DNA from: an uncultured Gammaproteobacteria bacterium
GTDB lineage: Bacteria; Patescibacteriota; Microgenomatia; UBA12405
Direction: 5' to 3'
DNA: 64,000 bases
Assembly: GCA_964544275.1 (NCBI GenBank)
Contig: CAZIZX010000003.1
Location: forward strand, 107,705-171,704
The notes under the pieces were generated by a model. The model was not told the origin of the DNA. It worked only from the letters and a program-made list of their open reading frames with translations, and made no database searches. The position numbers and the translations under genes were made by a program. This document shows, piece by piece, positions 51,099 to 60,469 of the stretch; within the stretch, counting starts at the first letter, position 1; each line of letters begins with the position of its first letter.

Positions 51099-53426
51099 TC
51101 TTGCCCTCTTGGAAATTTCCGCTTCCACAATCTCTCTTGGTCGTCCATACTTTAGGGCCGACAACCGTTTGATCATCTCTGCCATTTTTGGATTGCCCGG
51201 CTTTTTCTTTTCTGCTGCCGCCACCTTCAGCGAAAAAGGTGTTTTTGGGGTTCCGTTAACCATGGTTTTAATATATATCTCTCCTGTCCCCAAGTTAAGC
51301 AAATCATGCTCGTTGAATGTTGGCCTAAACTGATTAACCAGAAAGTTAGCGTCCGATATCCCCACTCTGAAGCTGGAGATTGTACCTACATTTCCAAATA
51401 CGGCATTTTTGACCTCATCGTCCATCTGGGAAATAAACTGATTGGCCACGGTTAGGTTGAGCCGATATTTTCTGGCCTCCGACATAATAACTGCAAAATC
51501 CTGGGTCGCGAAATTTTGAAATTCATCAACATAAAGATAAAAATCCCGTCTCTGATCCTCTGGTGTATCCTGTCGGCTCATAGCGGCAATCAAAATTTTT
51601 GGAATCAAAACCAATCCCAAAAACGCTGAATTTTCTTCCCCGATTGTACCCTTGGCCAAATTTATAATCAAAATTTTACCCTCATCCATAGCTTTTCGAA
51701 AACTAAACGACGAGGTGGACTGGCCGATGATATTCCTCATCATGGTGTTGGTGATAAACCGGCCAAACTTGGATACTATATAGTCCAATACTTCTGATTT
51801 GTGAAAATCCGATGTCTGGGCAATTTGGTCAGTCCAATACCTTTTCACCATTGGATCTTTAACTTTTGGCAGTAAATACTGAACATAAGACTGGTCGGTC
51901 AAACATCTCACGATTTCAATAAAAGTTGCTCCTGGCTCTATCATTACGGTCAACATGATATTTCTGATCGCATGCTCAAATCTCGGACCGACGATACCGG
52001 TTTTGTATGGGTCGTACAGCTTATACATCAAATTAATGATCGACGATGTCACAAAATCTTTTTGGTCCTCGTTATCGCACTCCATTACATTAAAACCCAT
52101 TGGCCTGTCGGTCATCGATGGATCAAAATAAATTACATCATCAACCCTTTCCGGCGGTATTCTTTCCAGAATACTCTCATAAGTGTCATGCGGATCAATA
52201 AAACAGACCCCCTTTCCGGCCTTGATGTCCTGCAGGGCCATATCAGCCAAAAGCCACGATTTACCCACACCCGTTTGTCCCACAATATAAAAATGCCTCT
52301 GTCTATCTGACTCGGTTATACAAAACTTTTTATTAACCCCCCGGTACAGATTATCGCCAATATACATTCCCTCTTGGGGTGAGTCCACCGGTTCGGGTGC
52401 TTTTTTGGCCTTAAGCCAATATATATTAGGAGTTTCTACTGTTTTATTGGGTAAATGAAAAACCGAAGCTATTTCCTCTGGTGACAAAATTGTTCTTTGC
52501 CCCGACCAAAAAACTACCGGATATTTATAAATAAAATCTTCCATAAACAATCGCTTTATTCTTATTTTTCTACTCGACAGTTTATTCCAGGGTGATTCAA
52601 ATTGCCCGAAACAGGCTTTAATATTTGAAATATTCATTTTAGCAATTTCTTTTGTCGGTGCCACCGACACAATTCTAATCGCCGTCTCAAAACCGCTCTT
52701 GTTGCACTTATTTTGAATTGCTTCCAGTTGTTTAGCTTCTACCTTATATGACGCCTTTTCTGGATTGGATTCGCTCTTCTTAGTCCCACTTATAAAACTG
52801 TTACCTGCCTTGGCCCACTTCCCGTCAGTCGGTGAAATTACCAGCTGTATTGACACCGCTTCCTCTGGATTAAGCTTAGACAGGGCCGAACTTAACGAAG
52901 ATAGGGGATCGGTTGCAATCTCCTTGTAAGTCTTTAATGGATAATAAGCACCCTTTTTCAGGCCCAACCAGGCATATTCGATTTTTCCGTCCTCAGTATA
53001 AATATTTGGTTCGTCCACCACCTGTATATCAGCCCCAGCATATACACTGTATATCTGTTTTTCCACCAAGTCCTGATAATCCTTGGGCAGCGAAACATAA
53101 AACTTTATTTCATCACTGGTTCCGATAATCTCCAAGGAAATACTTTCCTGTGCCTGAATTGGCTGAAGGAATTTAAACTTAGCCGACTTGTAAATGCTTG
53201 ATAATGAACTAATAATTTGTTCCATGGCGTCTATTTTCACCTCATTATCTTCCGGTACCGCCACTAGCAAAGTGATCATCTTTAACGACTTCTCTTCTCT
53301 ATCCTTCCATCTGTACCACAAAACCAGCACATAACCCAAAAAAACCAGCAGCAGCAGTACCAGTCCGCCCGCCACCAACATCAATACCAGACTTATTAAT
53401 TGATTAGTTAAGCTTTCTATTGTCAT
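51093..53426 (-). CDS. VirD4/TraD/HerA-like membrane-anchored P-loop ATPase
   Basis: RQRHFYIVGQTGVGKS (Walker A), IDPH, LYVDEFQNF (Walker B), SEARKY, ANQ. Confidence 0.88.
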   Translation of the reverse strand: MTIESLTNQLISLVLMLVAGGLVLLLLVFLGYVLVLWYRWKDREEKSLKMITLLVAVPEDNEVKIDAMEQIISSLSSIYKSAKFKFLQPIQAQESISLEIIGTSDEIKFYVSLPKDYQDLVEKQIYSVYAGADIQVVDEPNIYTEDGKIEYAWLGLKKGAYYPLKTYKEIATDPLSSLSSALSKLNPEEAVSIQLVISPTDGKWAKAGNSFISGTKKSESNPEKASYKVEAKQLEAIQNKCNKSGFETAIRIVSVAPTKEIAKMNISNIKACFGQFESPWNKLSSRKIRIKRLFMEDFIYKYPVVFWSGQRTILSPEEIASVFHLPNKTVETPNIYWLKAKKAPEPVDSPQEGMYIGDNLYRGVNKKFCITESDRQRHFYIVGQTGVGKSWLLADMALQDIKAGKGVCFIDPHDTYESILERIPPERVDDVIYFDPSMTDRPMGFNVMECDNEDQKDFVTSSIINLMYKLYDPYKTGIVGPRFEHAIRNIMLTVMIEPGATFIEIVRCLTDQSYVQYLLPKVKDPMVKRYWTDQIAQTSDFHKSEVLDYIVSKFGRFITNTMMRNIIGQSTSSFSFRKAMDEGKILIINLAKGTIGEENSAFLGLVLIPKILIAAMSRQDTPEDQRRDFYLYVDEFQNFATQDFAVIMSEARKYRLNLTVANQFISQMDDEVKNAVFGNVGTISSFRVGISDANFLVNQFRPTFNEHDLLNLGTGEIYIKTMVNGTPKTPFSLKVAAAEKKKPGNPKMAEMIKRLSALKYGRPREIVEAEISKRARL

Positions 53427-53778
53427 CGTCTTTAAATCTTACTTGGCCTTTGTTCTTCTTAATTATCCTCTCGACAAATACCGATAACCACCTGCCTGCC
53501 TCTGACATGGTTTTTTTCAGTCCCGTAGCAAATGTGGCCTTTGTAATTGGCAATACGATCACCGGATTATTGGAATTGGCTGATGTCAATATTGTTTGGC
53601 CGGAATTATCAGTCACCGTTTTCTGGTCATCTCCCTCGCCTTCTTCCAGTTTTTCCATCCAGTTTTCCACTCCACCCGACAACGCCCCATCTGCTTCCTT
53701 TCTCAAATCCCTCATTTCGACGCTGCCTGCTTGTTCGTTACCGCTGACTGAATTTTGAATTTCCTTACTGTTTACCAT
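53404..53778 (-). CDS. Hypothetical protein upstream of the ATPase
   Basis: 124 aa ORF overlapping the ATPase start. Confidence 0.6.
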   Translation of the reverse strand: MVNSKEIQNSVSGNEQAGSVEMRDLRKEADGALSGGVENWMEKLEEGEGDDQKTVTDNSGQTILTSANSNNPVIVLPITKATFATGLKKTMSEAGRWLSVFVERIIKKNKGQVRFKDDDNRKLN

Positions 53779-53834
53779 AACTATGACAAGTATAGGATAA
53801 ATTTGCTCTCAAAACTACGTTATAATTAGGCACC

Positions 53835-54965
53835 ATGACTACTATCAAGCCCAAGATTTCTGAAGTGATTGGCATTGATAACAGTCGCCACCTTTTACCC
53901 CTACTTACCTCAATGATGATGATTTTTCTTGCCATCATCTTTGTTTGGTTTTTCAGAGGTGGTAGTTTTCGGCTTTACGCCAGCGCCTTTTTTGGCCTCT
54001 ATTCCCTGACAAAACAGATTTGGATATCGGTTATATTAATCGGTATTTCCCAAAATATTATCTTCCTTCCTCTTCGATTTTTAAGTCTGAAACTCTCAAC
54101 CTCCCTCCGTGAATTTGAAGATACCCTTGAGGAGGTGGAAAATGAGGGTGAACAGTACATTTTGTTTACCAAAAAAGTCAAAGAAGGCAATCCCGCCATC
54201 ATTTTTTTCATTATAAATTTTGTCCTCAATACAGTCGCCTTCTTTTCCGCCGGAAGAATTTTTTTGATCGATTTTTACAATAAACCTCTCGACCCGGGTC
54301 TTATTTACAGCTTTATTCCTTATCCTCAATATCCACTTCAGGGAACCAATTTTAATTTTCCATTTTTCAAAATTACCCAAACTACCGCTCTGAATTGGAG
54401 TACCATCTTCTTGATCTGGCTGTCATTTCTTGTTGTTTTGGTCGCTTCCCGTTTCCTTTGGCGCCTGGTCCGCTTTATTTTCTGGAAAAACAAACAAATA
54501 TTATCAGTCAGAATTAGTTACAACAAATTTCTTATCAAGGCCGCCGGATTCACTGGTACCCTGTTTATTCTGTCTCTGATTGTCCTTCGCCGCATCCCTA
54601 CCGCGTTTCAGGGTACTTGGCTGGTTGCCGACTTAACCATACCCAACCCTCCCCTTAACGCTATCACCGCCGTTGGTACTTTTATTACTGCCTTTCATGC
54701 TGGCTATATCCGCAACTCCATTGCCTCCAAACGGGCCCGCGCCGCTTCTATCCCCGAAGATATTATCAGCCGGGTCACCCGGGAAAACCTGCGCCAAAGT
54801 CTCAAAAATGCCACCTTTTTAGGTCTTGGAGCTTTTCTTATTACCAATCAAATTCCCTGTGCTTTCGAGTTGTCCATCGCCACTTTTGAAGTCCTCTACA
54901 TTCTGTCTCCTTACACCTTTGATCTTCTTTTAAATTTTGCCGATAATAAGAGCCAAAAAACATGA
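53835..54965 (+). CDS. Polytopic membrane protein, possibly a divergent YidC/Oxa1 homologue
   Basis: IWISVILIGISQNIIFLPL followed by a helical hairpin and GNP resembles the YidC TM/coiled-coil segment. Confidence 0.45.
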   Translation: MTTIKPKISEVIGIDNSRHLLPLLTSMMMIFLAIIFVWFFRGGSFRLYASAFFGLYSLTKQIWISVILIGISQNIIFLPLRFLSLKLSTSLREFEDTLEEVENEGEQYILFTKKVKEGNPAIIFFIINFVLNTVAFFSAGRIFLIDFYNKPLDPGLIYSFIPYPQYPLQGTNFNFPFFKITQTTALNWSTIFLIWLSFLVVLVASRFLWRLVRFIFWKNKQILSVRISYNKFLIKAAGFTGTLFILSLIVLRRIPTAFQGTWLVADLTIPNPPLNAITAVGTFITAFHAGYIRNSIASKRARAASIPEDIISRVTRENLRQSLKNATFLGLGAFLITNQIPCAFELSIATFEVLYILSPYTFDLLLNFADNKSQKT

Positions 54966-56032
54966 GTTCCTCCGATTTCATTTCCGTTCTTAATCAATAC
55001 AAAAAAATCGTTTGGCCCCACATCGAGTCTAACCTGAAAAGCCAAGTTGATTTCCCCGGCTTTTGCCGGGTAGACCCAAAATACTCCGACCTGGTTGACT
55101 ATTACAGCCAAATTATTTCCGAATATCCCCGCCGTCAGGGTAAATATTTTCGTCCCACCCTACTCCTTTTGACCGCCCAGGCCCTGGGCGTCTCGGTAGA
55201 TATCGCTCTTAACACCGCCGCCGCTATGCAAATTTCCGAAGATTGGATCCTGAATCACGATGATATCGAAGACGATTCACTCGAACGCCGCGGTCAGCCT
55301 GCCCTCCATCGACTTATTGGCAAAGAACTGGCCATCAATGCCGGCGATTCTCTTCATCTTCTTATGTGGAAACTCCTTGCTGACAATATCAGCAAGTTAG
55401 ATATTTCCACCAGTCAAAGAATTCTCTACGAGTTCTTCAATATGATCAACCGGACGACTTTCGGCCAGACAGTTGAACTTAAATGGACCATTGATAATCG
55501 TCACGACTTAACTGACGAAGACATTTTTTTGATTCTTGAGAGTAAAACCGGTTATTACACTATCTCTGGCCCTATGAGACTGGGAGCCATCCTTGCCGGT
55601 GCCACCGATAGCCAACTGAATTCGATCTACGAATTTGGTCTAATCTTGGGCCGGTCATTCCAAATAATTGATGACCTGCTTGATTTAACCTCTGATTTTG
55701 CCGGTCAAAAGAAACAGCGGGGGAATGACATTTATGAAGGCAAGAAAACCATCATGCTCATGCACCTTTATCGTCAGGCAAACAATCAGGACAAAAAACG
55801 GCTTGACGCTATCATGTCCCGACCTCGCACCCAAAAGACCCCTTCCGATATCGCTTGGGTCATCCAAAAAATGCACCACTATGGTTCCCTCAATTATGCC
55901 AGAAATTTAGCAGCTCAATTTGCCGCTCAGTCCAAACAAATATTCAATGCCCAACTCAAGTTTATTAGCCTAAAACCCTACCGCTCTCAGCTTTTATCGG
56001 CCATTGACTTTATTATTAATCGCGATCACTGA
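54962..56032 (+). CDS. trans-polyprenyl (GGPP/FPP) synthase
   Basis: GKYFRP, HDDIEDDSLERRG (FARM), GQ, KT, FQIIDDLLD (SARM), EGKKT. Confidence 0.92.
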   Translation: MSSSDFISVLNQYKKIVWPHIESNLKSQVDFPGFCRVDPKYSDLVDYYSQIISEYPRRQGKYFRPTLLLLTAQALGVSVDIALNTAAAMQISEDWILNHDDIEDDSLERRGQPALHRLIGKELAINAGDSLHLLMWKLLADNISKLDISTSQRILYEFFNMINRTTFGQTVELKWTIDNRHDLTDEDIFLILESKTGYYTISGPMRLGAILAGATDSQLNSIYEFGLILGRSFQIIDDLLDLTSDFAGQKKQRGNDIYEGKKTIMLMHLYRQANNQDKKRLDAIMSRPRTQKTPSDIAWVIQKMHHYGSLNYARNLAAQFAAQSKQIFNAQLKFISLKPYRSQLLSAIDFIINRDH

Positions 56033-57114
56033 TGGATAGACAAGTCCTCAAAGCCACCTTTTTGCAATTTTCCGGTATCCTTGGCGCCGGCATCTTTATT
56101 CTGCCCCACCTCTACGCCCCAGCCAATCCTTTTCAGGCTTATCCTTTGCTGATAATACTCACCCTTATTGTTGCTCTGGCCAACATTCTCTATATTGACG
56201 TCATTTTAGCCACCAAAGGTGACCACCAGCTATCCGGCTATGCCCAAATTCATCTTGGGCCAAAATTCAAAAACCTGGCCACCGCCAACCTCATCCTTTT
56301 AGCTATCGGTGTAGTTTCTGCCTATATAAAAATTGCCAGCGGTTTTATCTCGCTCCTATTGCCCGCTAGCACCAATCTTTCCGCCCTTATATTCATTGCT
56401 CTTCTTTTGCTTTTCCATTTATCAAAACTCAATCCTTCCCATCGCCTTTCCCAAATATTTCCCTTAATTAGCCTTTTTATTGTTTTTCTTCTCTTTGTCC
56501 TCTCATTTAATTTCACTCCTGTTTCTCTTCCCCCCGCTCCGCTTTCTCCCCTGATTTTCGGTTCCACCATTTTTGCTTTAAGCGGTTTTACCATTATTCC
56601 TGAAGTGGAGGAACTTTTGCGCGGCAGCGGCAACATCAAGGCCAAGCTAAAATTTTCATCCCTTGCCGGGTTATTTTTAGTGGTCTTTGTCTATTTAATT
56701 TACATTTTCGCCGTTAGTAGAATCAGTGGCCCCAACTTATCTCCCGACAGCGTCACCGGCCTGTTTCTAACCAGCAATTTCCTTGGCCGCCTTCTGTCAT
56801 TTTTTGGAGCAGTAACTCTCCTCAAAGCCTCTCTCAATTTTTTGTTTATCCAAAAAGAATTATTTTTCCGTGATTTAAACCTCTCCCAAGGCAAATCTTA
56901 CCTCCTTTCCTCTCTTTTGCCCCTCTTCACCCTTGTTTTTGCCAACACTTCTTTTGTTAATCTGATTTCCCTCACCGGATCGGTTACCGTTTTCATTTCC
57001 GTTCTGATAATCTGTCTGATTCGTCTCAGGCTCAAACCATCACCTGCCATCCGATTTTCAGTTTTCCTCATCCTTTCCGTTTTGTTCATTGGCCTTGTCT
57101 CCGAAATATTATAA
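56032..57114 (+). CDS. Aromatic amino acid permease-family transporter
   Basis: GILGAGIFILP motif, about 11 TM helices. Confidence 0.75.
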   Translation: MDRQVLKATFLQFSGILGAGIFILPHLYAPANPFQAYPLLIILTLIVALANILYIDVILATKGDHQLSGYAQIHLGPKFKNLATANLILLAIGVVSAYIKIASGFISLLLPASTNLSALIFIALLLLFHLSKLNPSHRLSQIFPLISLFIVFLLFVLSFNFTPVSLPPAPLSPLIFGSTIFALSGFTIIPEVEELLRGSGNIKAKLKFSSLAGLFLVVFVYLIYIFAVSRISGPNLSPDSVTGLFLTSNFLGRLLSFFGAVTLLKASLNFLFIQKELFFRDLNLSQGKSYLLSSLLPLFTLVFANTSFVNLISLTGSVTVFISVLIICLIRLRLKPSPAIRFSVFLILSVLFIGLVSEIL

Positions 57115-57128
57115 AAATAGCCAAAGGA

Positions 57129-57157
57129 TAGACATAAATTTATTAAAATGCTAAAAT
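57129..57157 (+). promoter_or_regulatory. Promoter for a probably leaderless dnaG transcript
   Basis: TAGACA-17 bp-TAAAAT with extended TG, 6 nt before GTG 57164. Confidence 0.65.
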
Positions 57158-57163
57158 TGATCA

Positions 57164-58957
57164 GTGGACAACCAGGTCGAAGAAATCAAAAAAAAACTTG
57201 ACATTGTCGAATATATTCAAAAATTCGTTCCCTTACGCAAACGCGGTCGCCACTTTGTTGCCTGTTGCCCTTTTCACACCGAAAAAACTCCCTCTTTTAT
57301 AGTTTCCCCCGAACTTCAAATCTTTAAATGTTTCGGTTGCGGCAAATCCGGCGATATTTTCTCTTTTGTTGAGGAATACGACCGGGTCGAATTCAAAGAA
57401 GCCCTGGAAGAATTAGCCAAAATTGCCGGTATAACTCTCAAAAGAACATCTGGTAACAGTAAACAGGAATCCGAAACCAAACGCCTTTTGGCTATAAACG
57501 AGGAAATCTCCAAGTTTTATCACTACATTCTTGTCACCCACCCTTTGGGTAAACCAGCTCTGGATTATCTTGCTAATCGGGGTATCAATAAATCTTCCGT
57601 TAAGTTGTTCAAAATTGGTTTTTCTCCCGAAGACTCCAATCTTTTAGTTAACTATCTTAGGAAGAAAAATTTTCCCCAAAACGAGCTTATCGCCTCCGGT
57701 ACTATCGGCCAAAGTAATTACGGCTCCCGGCTTTATGACCGTTTTCAGGGTCGTCTGACTTTTCCTTTGACTGATTACCGTGGCCGTATTCTGGGTTTTT
57801 CCGGTCGGATCCTGCCTTTTACCCGAAACCAAAACTCAGCCAAATACATCAATTCTCCCGAAACCATTCTCTATCACAAGAGCCAAATGGTTTTTGGCCT
57901 TAACTTAGCCAAAGATACTATCCGTGAAACCGATTCTGTTTTAGTCGTCGAAGGCGAATTTGACATGATTTCGCCCTTCCAGGCTGGTATCAAAAATGTC
58001 ATTGCCATCAAAGGTACCGCCTTTACCGAAGATCAACTTCGCCTTCTTCACCGCTATACCGAAAATATCGTACTTGGGCTTGATTCTGATTTCGCCGGTA
58101 ACAACGCCGCCGTCAAAAGTATCGAACTGGCTGAAAACCTGGATTTTGACGTTCGGGTCTTGGTTTTGGATGATAAATACAAAGATCCCGACGAGGCCGT
58201 CAAAGATGATTTAAATGATTTTAAAAACAGGCTCGAAAACGCCGTTCCGGTTGGCGACTTTCTTATCACTTCAGCTGTCAAAAATTTTGGCATCGAAACT
58301 CCATCAGCCAAAAAAAAAGTTATGGAAATGGTTTTGCCTTTTTTAGTCAAAATCAAAAGCCCGGTTATCAAATCGGATTATTTGCGTCAATTAGCTACCG
58401 CCCTGGGTTCTGATTATCAATCAATTGTCCAGGAGTCCCAGAAATACCAATCAAACTCCACCAAACCCGCCGCCACTATTCCGGTGGCACCCGCAACAAC
58501 GCCTGTCGTCACCAGTACTTTAAACAATTTACAACAGCGCCTGTTACATTTAGTTTTCGGTTCCAAAAACCCACTCAAACTAGCCCAAAAAATTGAAAAA
58601 CACCTCCGGCTAATCATCGACCCCAAATACAAGGCGATTATTGATCAGTTGTTGATATCCTCCGAGTTTGACCCAAACAGTTTCCAGTCAACTCTGCCTG
58701 CCGAAAACCAGCAGATCTTTCAAAACTTATTTCTTGAATCCACTCGGGAAAAGATCGATTCCCTCCTGCGCCAAAAACAAATCAAAAAGACCGCCAACAT
58801 GATCTCAATCATTCTGATTAGAGAAAAAATGAAATTAATAAGTACAAAAATTGCTCAAACTGAAACCAGTCACCAGGAAGATGAACTAAAAATGCTCGAA
58901 TTGGAGTATAATAAGCTCTTGGAGCGTTTGTCGGGTCTCCAAAATCAAAAAACCTAG
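57164..58957 (+). CDS. dnaG: DNA primase
   Basis: CPFH..EKTPSF..CFGC zinc finger, KYINSPET, VEGEFD, DSDFAG, DPDE. Confidence 0.97.
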   Translation: MDNQVEEIKKKLDIVEYIQKFVPLRKRGRHFVACCPFHTEKTPSFIVSPELQIFKCFGCGKSGDIFSFVEEYDRVEFKEALEELAKIAGITLKRTSGNSKQESETKRLLAINEEISKFYHYILVTHPLGKPALDYLANRGINKSSVKLFKIGFSPEDSNLLVNYLRKKNFPQNELIASGTIGQSNYGSRLYDRFQGRLTFPLTDYRGRILGFSGRILPFTRNQNSAKYINSPETILYHKSQMVFGLNLAKDTIRETDSVLVVEGEFDMISPFQAGIKNVIAIKGTAFTEDQLRLLHRYTENIVLGLDSDFAGNNAAVKSIELAENLDFDVRVLVLDDKYKDPDEAVKDDLNDFKNRLENAVPVGDFLITSAVKNFGIETPSAKKKVMEMVLPFLVKIKSPVIKSDYLRQLATALGSDYQSIVQESQKYQSNSTKPAATIPVAPATTPVVTSTLNNLQQRLLHLVFGSKNPLKLAQKIEKHLRLIIDPKYKAIIDQLLISSEFDPNSFQSTLPAENQQIFQNLFLESTREKIDSLLRQKQIKKTANMISIILIREKMKLISTKIAQTETSHQEDELKMLELEYNKLLERLSGLQNQKT

Positions 58958-58989
58958 CAAATTACCTTAAAATTTAATATAATACCAAG

Positions 58990-60075
58990 ATGGCAGTAGC
59001 TCCTGATTTTTCCAGAGTAAAACAACACCTGGTCACCCAGGCCAAAAAACTTCATTATCTGACCAACGATGAGATTCTAGCTCAGATTCCCGAACCCGAA
59101 AAGAATATTGATCAAGTTGACGAACTTTTTGATTACCTCTTTAGCAAAGGTATTGACGTTTTCGACAAAGTTGAATCCCGCGAAATTGTCGAAGCCGACA
59201 AAGAAAAAGTCACCAGTGCCGACCTCCTGTCCCTTCTTTCCTCCAAAACCGGAGTCGATTCCGTTCGCATGTACCTCAAGGAAATAGGCAAGATTGACCT
59301 TCTTACTTTTGATCAGGAAGTTTCCCTGGCTCAGGCCATCGAAAAAGGTTCCCAGGCCGCCCGCGAACAATTGATTAATGCTAATTTACGCCTGGTCGTC
59401 TCTATCGCCAAAAAATACATTGGTCGGGGACTTACTTTTCTTGACTTAGTTCAGGAAGGGAATCAGGGCTTGATGCGGGCTGTCGAAAAATTTGACTGGA
59501 AACGTGGTTTCAAATTTTCTACCTACGCTACCTGGTGGATTCGTCAGGCCATTACCCGGGCTATCGCTGATCAGGCCAAAACCATCCGCATTCCTGTTCA
59601 CATGGTCGAGACCATCAACAAAGTCTACAAAGCCACTCGTGCCCTCACCCAAAAATTAGGCCATGAACCTGCCATCGAACAAATTGCCCAGGAAGTCGGT
59701 ATTACCGTCGAAAAAGTCGAAGAAATCTATCGTATTTCCCAGGATACCACCTCTCTGGCCACCCCGGTTGGTGATGACGAAGATTCATTTTTAGGGGATT
59801 TTATCGAAGATACCACTCAGCCGTCTCCCTATGAGGAAACCAGCAAAGAACTATTGCGTGAATCTATCGAAGAAGTTTTGGACTCTCTCGATGAACGCGA
59901 AGCCAAGGTACTAAGCCTGCGCTTTGGTCTGATGGGGGAGACACCCAAAACTCTCGAAGAAGTTGGCAAAATCTTTAATGTCACCCGCGAACGTATCCGC
60001 CAAATTGAAGCCAAGGCTCTCCGCAAATTACGCCATCCCTCCCGCCGTAAGAAACTTCAGGATTATTTAGAGTAA
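58990..60075 (+). CDS. rpoD: Primary sigma factor RpoD/SigA
   Basis: [45 protein letters not shown]. Confidence 0.97.
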   Translation: MAVAPDFSRVKQHLVTQAKKLHYLTNDEILAQIPEPEKNIDQVDELFDYLFSKGIDVFDKVESREIVEADKEKVTSADLLSLLSSKTGVDSVRMYLKEIGKIDLLTFDQEVSLAQAIEKGSQAAREQLINANLRLVVSIAKKYIGRGLTFLDLVQEGNQGLMRAVEKFDWKRGFKFSTYATWWIRQAITRAIADQAKTIRIPVHMVETINKVYKATRALTQKLGHEPAIEQIAQEVGITVEKVEEIYRISQDTTSLATPVGDDEDSFLGDFIEDTTQPSPYEETSKELLRESIEEVLDSLDEREAKVLSLRFGLMGETPKTLEEVGKIFNVTRERIRQIEAKALRKLRHPSRRKKLQDYLE

Positions 60076-60094
60076 CTTTTGATATAATGCTGCC

Positions 60095-60352
60095 ATGCCT
60101 CTAGTCGAATTAGGTTCACCCGAACCCATCAATATGATTGTTGACCGTCTCACTCTTGATGCCATCAATCAGCTGGCTCCCCAGTTCCCACTTAGTGTTC
60201 AAGTACTTACTCCTGCCGGCGAATTTTGCCGCTTCGCCCCGATTAATTTAGCCAAAGACGAGTCTTATATTAGAATTTACCGTCAGCGCCACGATCTTAG
60301 TCAATTTTGGAATCAGGTAAACGCCTCTGTTGATAAGTTACGTCAGCGTTAA
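60095..60352 (+). CDS. Small hypothetical protein
   Basis: 85 aa ORF with TGnTATAAT 6 nt upstream of the ATG. Confidence 0.6.
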   Translation: MPLVELGSPEPINMIVDRLTLDAINQLAPQFPLSVQVLTPAGEFCRFAPINLAKDESYIRIYRQRHDLSQFWNQVNASVDKLRQR

Positions 60353-60396
60353 AATGTTATAATCTTCCTGCTCTTTAAATAAAATTTGTCCTACCA

Positions 60397-60469
60397 TCCC
60401 CTGTAGCTCAGTTGGTAGAGCGCGCGACTGTTAATCGCTAGGTCCGTGGTTCGAGTCCACGCGGGGGAG
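60397..60469 (+). tRNA. tRNA-Asn(GTT), probable integration site
   Basis: TCCCCTG/CGGGGGA-G; CT-GTT-AA loop; CGTGG-TTCGAGT-CCACG. Confidence 0.95.

Noticed and set aside
49468-53426. Integrative conjugative element made of tRNAs, tyrosine recombinase and coupling-protein-like ATPase
   Set aside because: No composition shift, att duplication or relaxase; an ftsB-like gene intervenes; these look like core CPR genes
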